A stretch of 24,000 nucleotides of DNA from Rhizobium phage RHEph16, in sequence record MW980066.1, one strand, 5' to 3'. Of this stretch, positions 22,706-24,000 are shown piece after piece. The stretch's first letter is position 1. The number at the start of each line of letters is the position of its first letter. Below the pieces are notes generated by a model. The model worked only from the letters and a program-made list of their open reading frames with translations, was not told where the DNA came from and did no database searches. Both the position numbers and the translations under genes were made by a program.

Positions 22706-24000
22706 GCCAAGGGGAATTCAATCCCATCCCAGGTCCGATAGAATATCCCAGCTTCCCATCTGCGAGGACACTAAAGAAGTTATCCTCCATTGGGGAGCCA
22801 AGGGAACCGACAATCGGGAGTACTGGTGTAGTCGTTAACAACAGTGCCCGAAGGGGATTTCTACGGATCGAACGAAGGGCAACCTTCACCGATCTGATTT
22901 TGAAATTCCAGAACCAGAGAACGCCAATGCTCTCCAGGTAATTCCTGGTCCTGCCAGCAAGCCTATTGTAATTGATGAACTCTTCAGAGACGTTGGCAAC
23001 TGCCTCCTTATGGCTCATCGTCTTACGCAGGTGGTCGTACAGAATACCCTTTGCCAAGAAGTCACCGTACTGTGTGGCACGAGCTAGTGCTTGAAACAGG
23101 GCAGTATCTTTCGACACCATAGCGTAACGTGCAATGGTTTGGGCAGGACCTGGAATACTCTTTGCAAGATTCTCAACGTAATCAATGTACTTACCCTTGG
23201 AGATCGCGAGATCTTCTTGAGTAGGACCACCCTGAGAGATAGCAGTAAACTCACCCTCCTCAATCAGTTTCCAGATTGAGAGACGCTTGTTACTGTCTTC
23301 CAGTTGGTTCCATTCAGTCTGAAGCTTACGCTCAGCACGTACATCTTTACGAACCTGTGCAGCCCTAAGATCTGCTTCCAGTTCAATCTGGCGAGCTTTG
23401 TTCTCGATATACTTATTGACCTCTACCGTCTTGGTTCCCATCCCACGGATGATGTCCTTGATAGGTACACCTGCATGTGCAAGTTGCCACATGTTGGAAA
23501 GAATGTTTGATACCGGAACAATCACGGATTTAACCACAATCAGTTCCTTAGCAGCAGCTACACCCTTCTGTGCAAATTCTTCAGCTTTAACAAGCCAGTA
23601 ATAAGCATCATTGCCTTTACCAGCAGCAGAGAATACCGCTGTAGCAATCTTTCTGAACCGTTCAACGGTAGCATCCGACCAACGGGTAGTCCCAGTCCAC
23701 GCATCACCTATAGATGCCTGACGGAAGCCCACAGAGTCGTTGAGCATGTCCTTACGGACCCAGAACTCTTTCCCCCCAAACTCCTTCTCAATCTCAACCC
23801 TGATTTCAGGAGAGATCAATTTAGCAGCATCCTGGATAACCTTATCCTTGGAAGCAAATAGATCTACAAACTGGTCATGATCCAATGGGTTATCATTGTA
23901 GATTTGTGCCAGATTCTTGATCAGTTCCGAGTTGAACTGACGGGCATAGAACTCCTCGACCTGACGCCCTTTCCATGCACCAATCATTTCCGATAGGTTA
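22677..24000 (-). CDS. C-terminal part of probable N4-type virion-encapsulated RNA polymerase / giant virion protein (N-terminus outside window)
   Basis: Frame stays open upstream of M at 23987 (...NLSE|MIGAWKG...). ELIVVKSVIVPVSNILSNMWQLAHAGVPIKDIIRGM, SKDTALFQALARATQYGDFLAKGILYDHLRKTMSHKEAVANVSEEFINYNRLAGRTRNYLESIGVLWFWNFKIRSVKVALRSIRRNP resembles N4 vRNAP C-termini; opposite orientation matches N4 organisation. Confidence 0.6.
   Translation of the reverse strand, partial: NLSEMIGAWKGRQVEEFYARQFNSELIKNLAQIYNDNPLDHDQFVDLFASKDKVIQDAAKLISPEIRVEIEKEFGGKEFWVRKDMLNDSVGFRQASIGDAWTGTTRWSDATVERFRKIATAVFSAAGKGNDAYYWLVKAEEFAQKGVAAAKELIVVKSVIVPVSNILSNMWQLAHAGVPIKDIIRGMGTKTVEVNKYIENKARQIELEADLRAAQVRKDVRAERKLQTEWNQLEDSNKRLSIWKLIEEGEFTAISQGGPTQEDLAISKGKYIDYVENLAKSIPGPAQTIARYAMVSKDTALFQALARATQYGDFLAKGILYDHLRKTMSHKEAVANVSEEFINYNRLAGRTRNYLESIGVLWFWNFKIRSVKVALRSIRRNPLRALLLTTTPVLPIVGSLGSPMEDNFFSVLADGKLGYSIGPGMGLNSPWLNPWLNLVR

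Noticed and set aside
22572-22838. Plus-strand ORF of 88 aa crossing the strand switch
   Set aside because: Overlaps the DfrB-like frame and the - strand virion gene in another frame, with arginine/serine-rich shadow-like composition.
1-24000. Search for CRISPR arrays, tRNAs, transposon ends or integrase
   Set aside because: Reading through the window, I saw no regularly spaced repeats, cloverleaf-like segment, terminal inverted repeats or integrase/transposase motifs. A tool such as tRNAscan-SE would be needed to confirm the tRNA absence.

Overview
The window is a densely packed, tailed-phage nucleotide-metabolism and replication module. Almost everything is on the + strand, and a large virion-protein-like gene enters from the right on the - strand. 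Readable content in order: C-terminus of a MoxR-like AAA+ ATPase; a VWA/DUF2201-like protein with HExxH and MIDAS motifs; a small ORF; dCTP deaminase; an unknown ORF; a DUF3307-like membrane protein; small ORFs; thymidylate synthase; rIIA-like GHKL ATPase; rIIB-like protein; small ORFs; a MazG-like protein; a Dda-like SF1 helicase; family A DNA polymerase; a small ORF; a dNMP kinase-like P-loop protein; a PD-(D/E)XK nuclease with a Cas4/AddB-like Cys pattern; an AEP-type primase/ATPase; a RecA/Sak4-like ATPase; an SSB-like protein; a RusA-like protein extended by a second domain with an AT-hook; a small TM ORF; two tandem HTH proteins; a DfrB (R67-type) dihydrofolate-reductase-like protein; and, on the - strand, the C-terminal part of a probable N4-type virion RNA polymerase. 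Gene order and domain content suggest an N4-like (Schitoviridae) phage; this is inference. The most interesting item is the DfrB-like ORF at 22430-22705, which retains the KKSG...W...VQIYP signature of trimethoprim-insensitive type II DHFR in a phage that also encodes ThyA. Secondary items are the RusA-like/AT-hook protein with an internal start and a C-terminal tip shared with the neighbouring SSB, a long out-of-frame overlap ahead of the MazG-like gene, triplicated KAKK motifs in the rIIB-like tail, a Cys-cluster nuclease and several structured intergenic elements. I saw no CRISPR array, tRNA or transposon.
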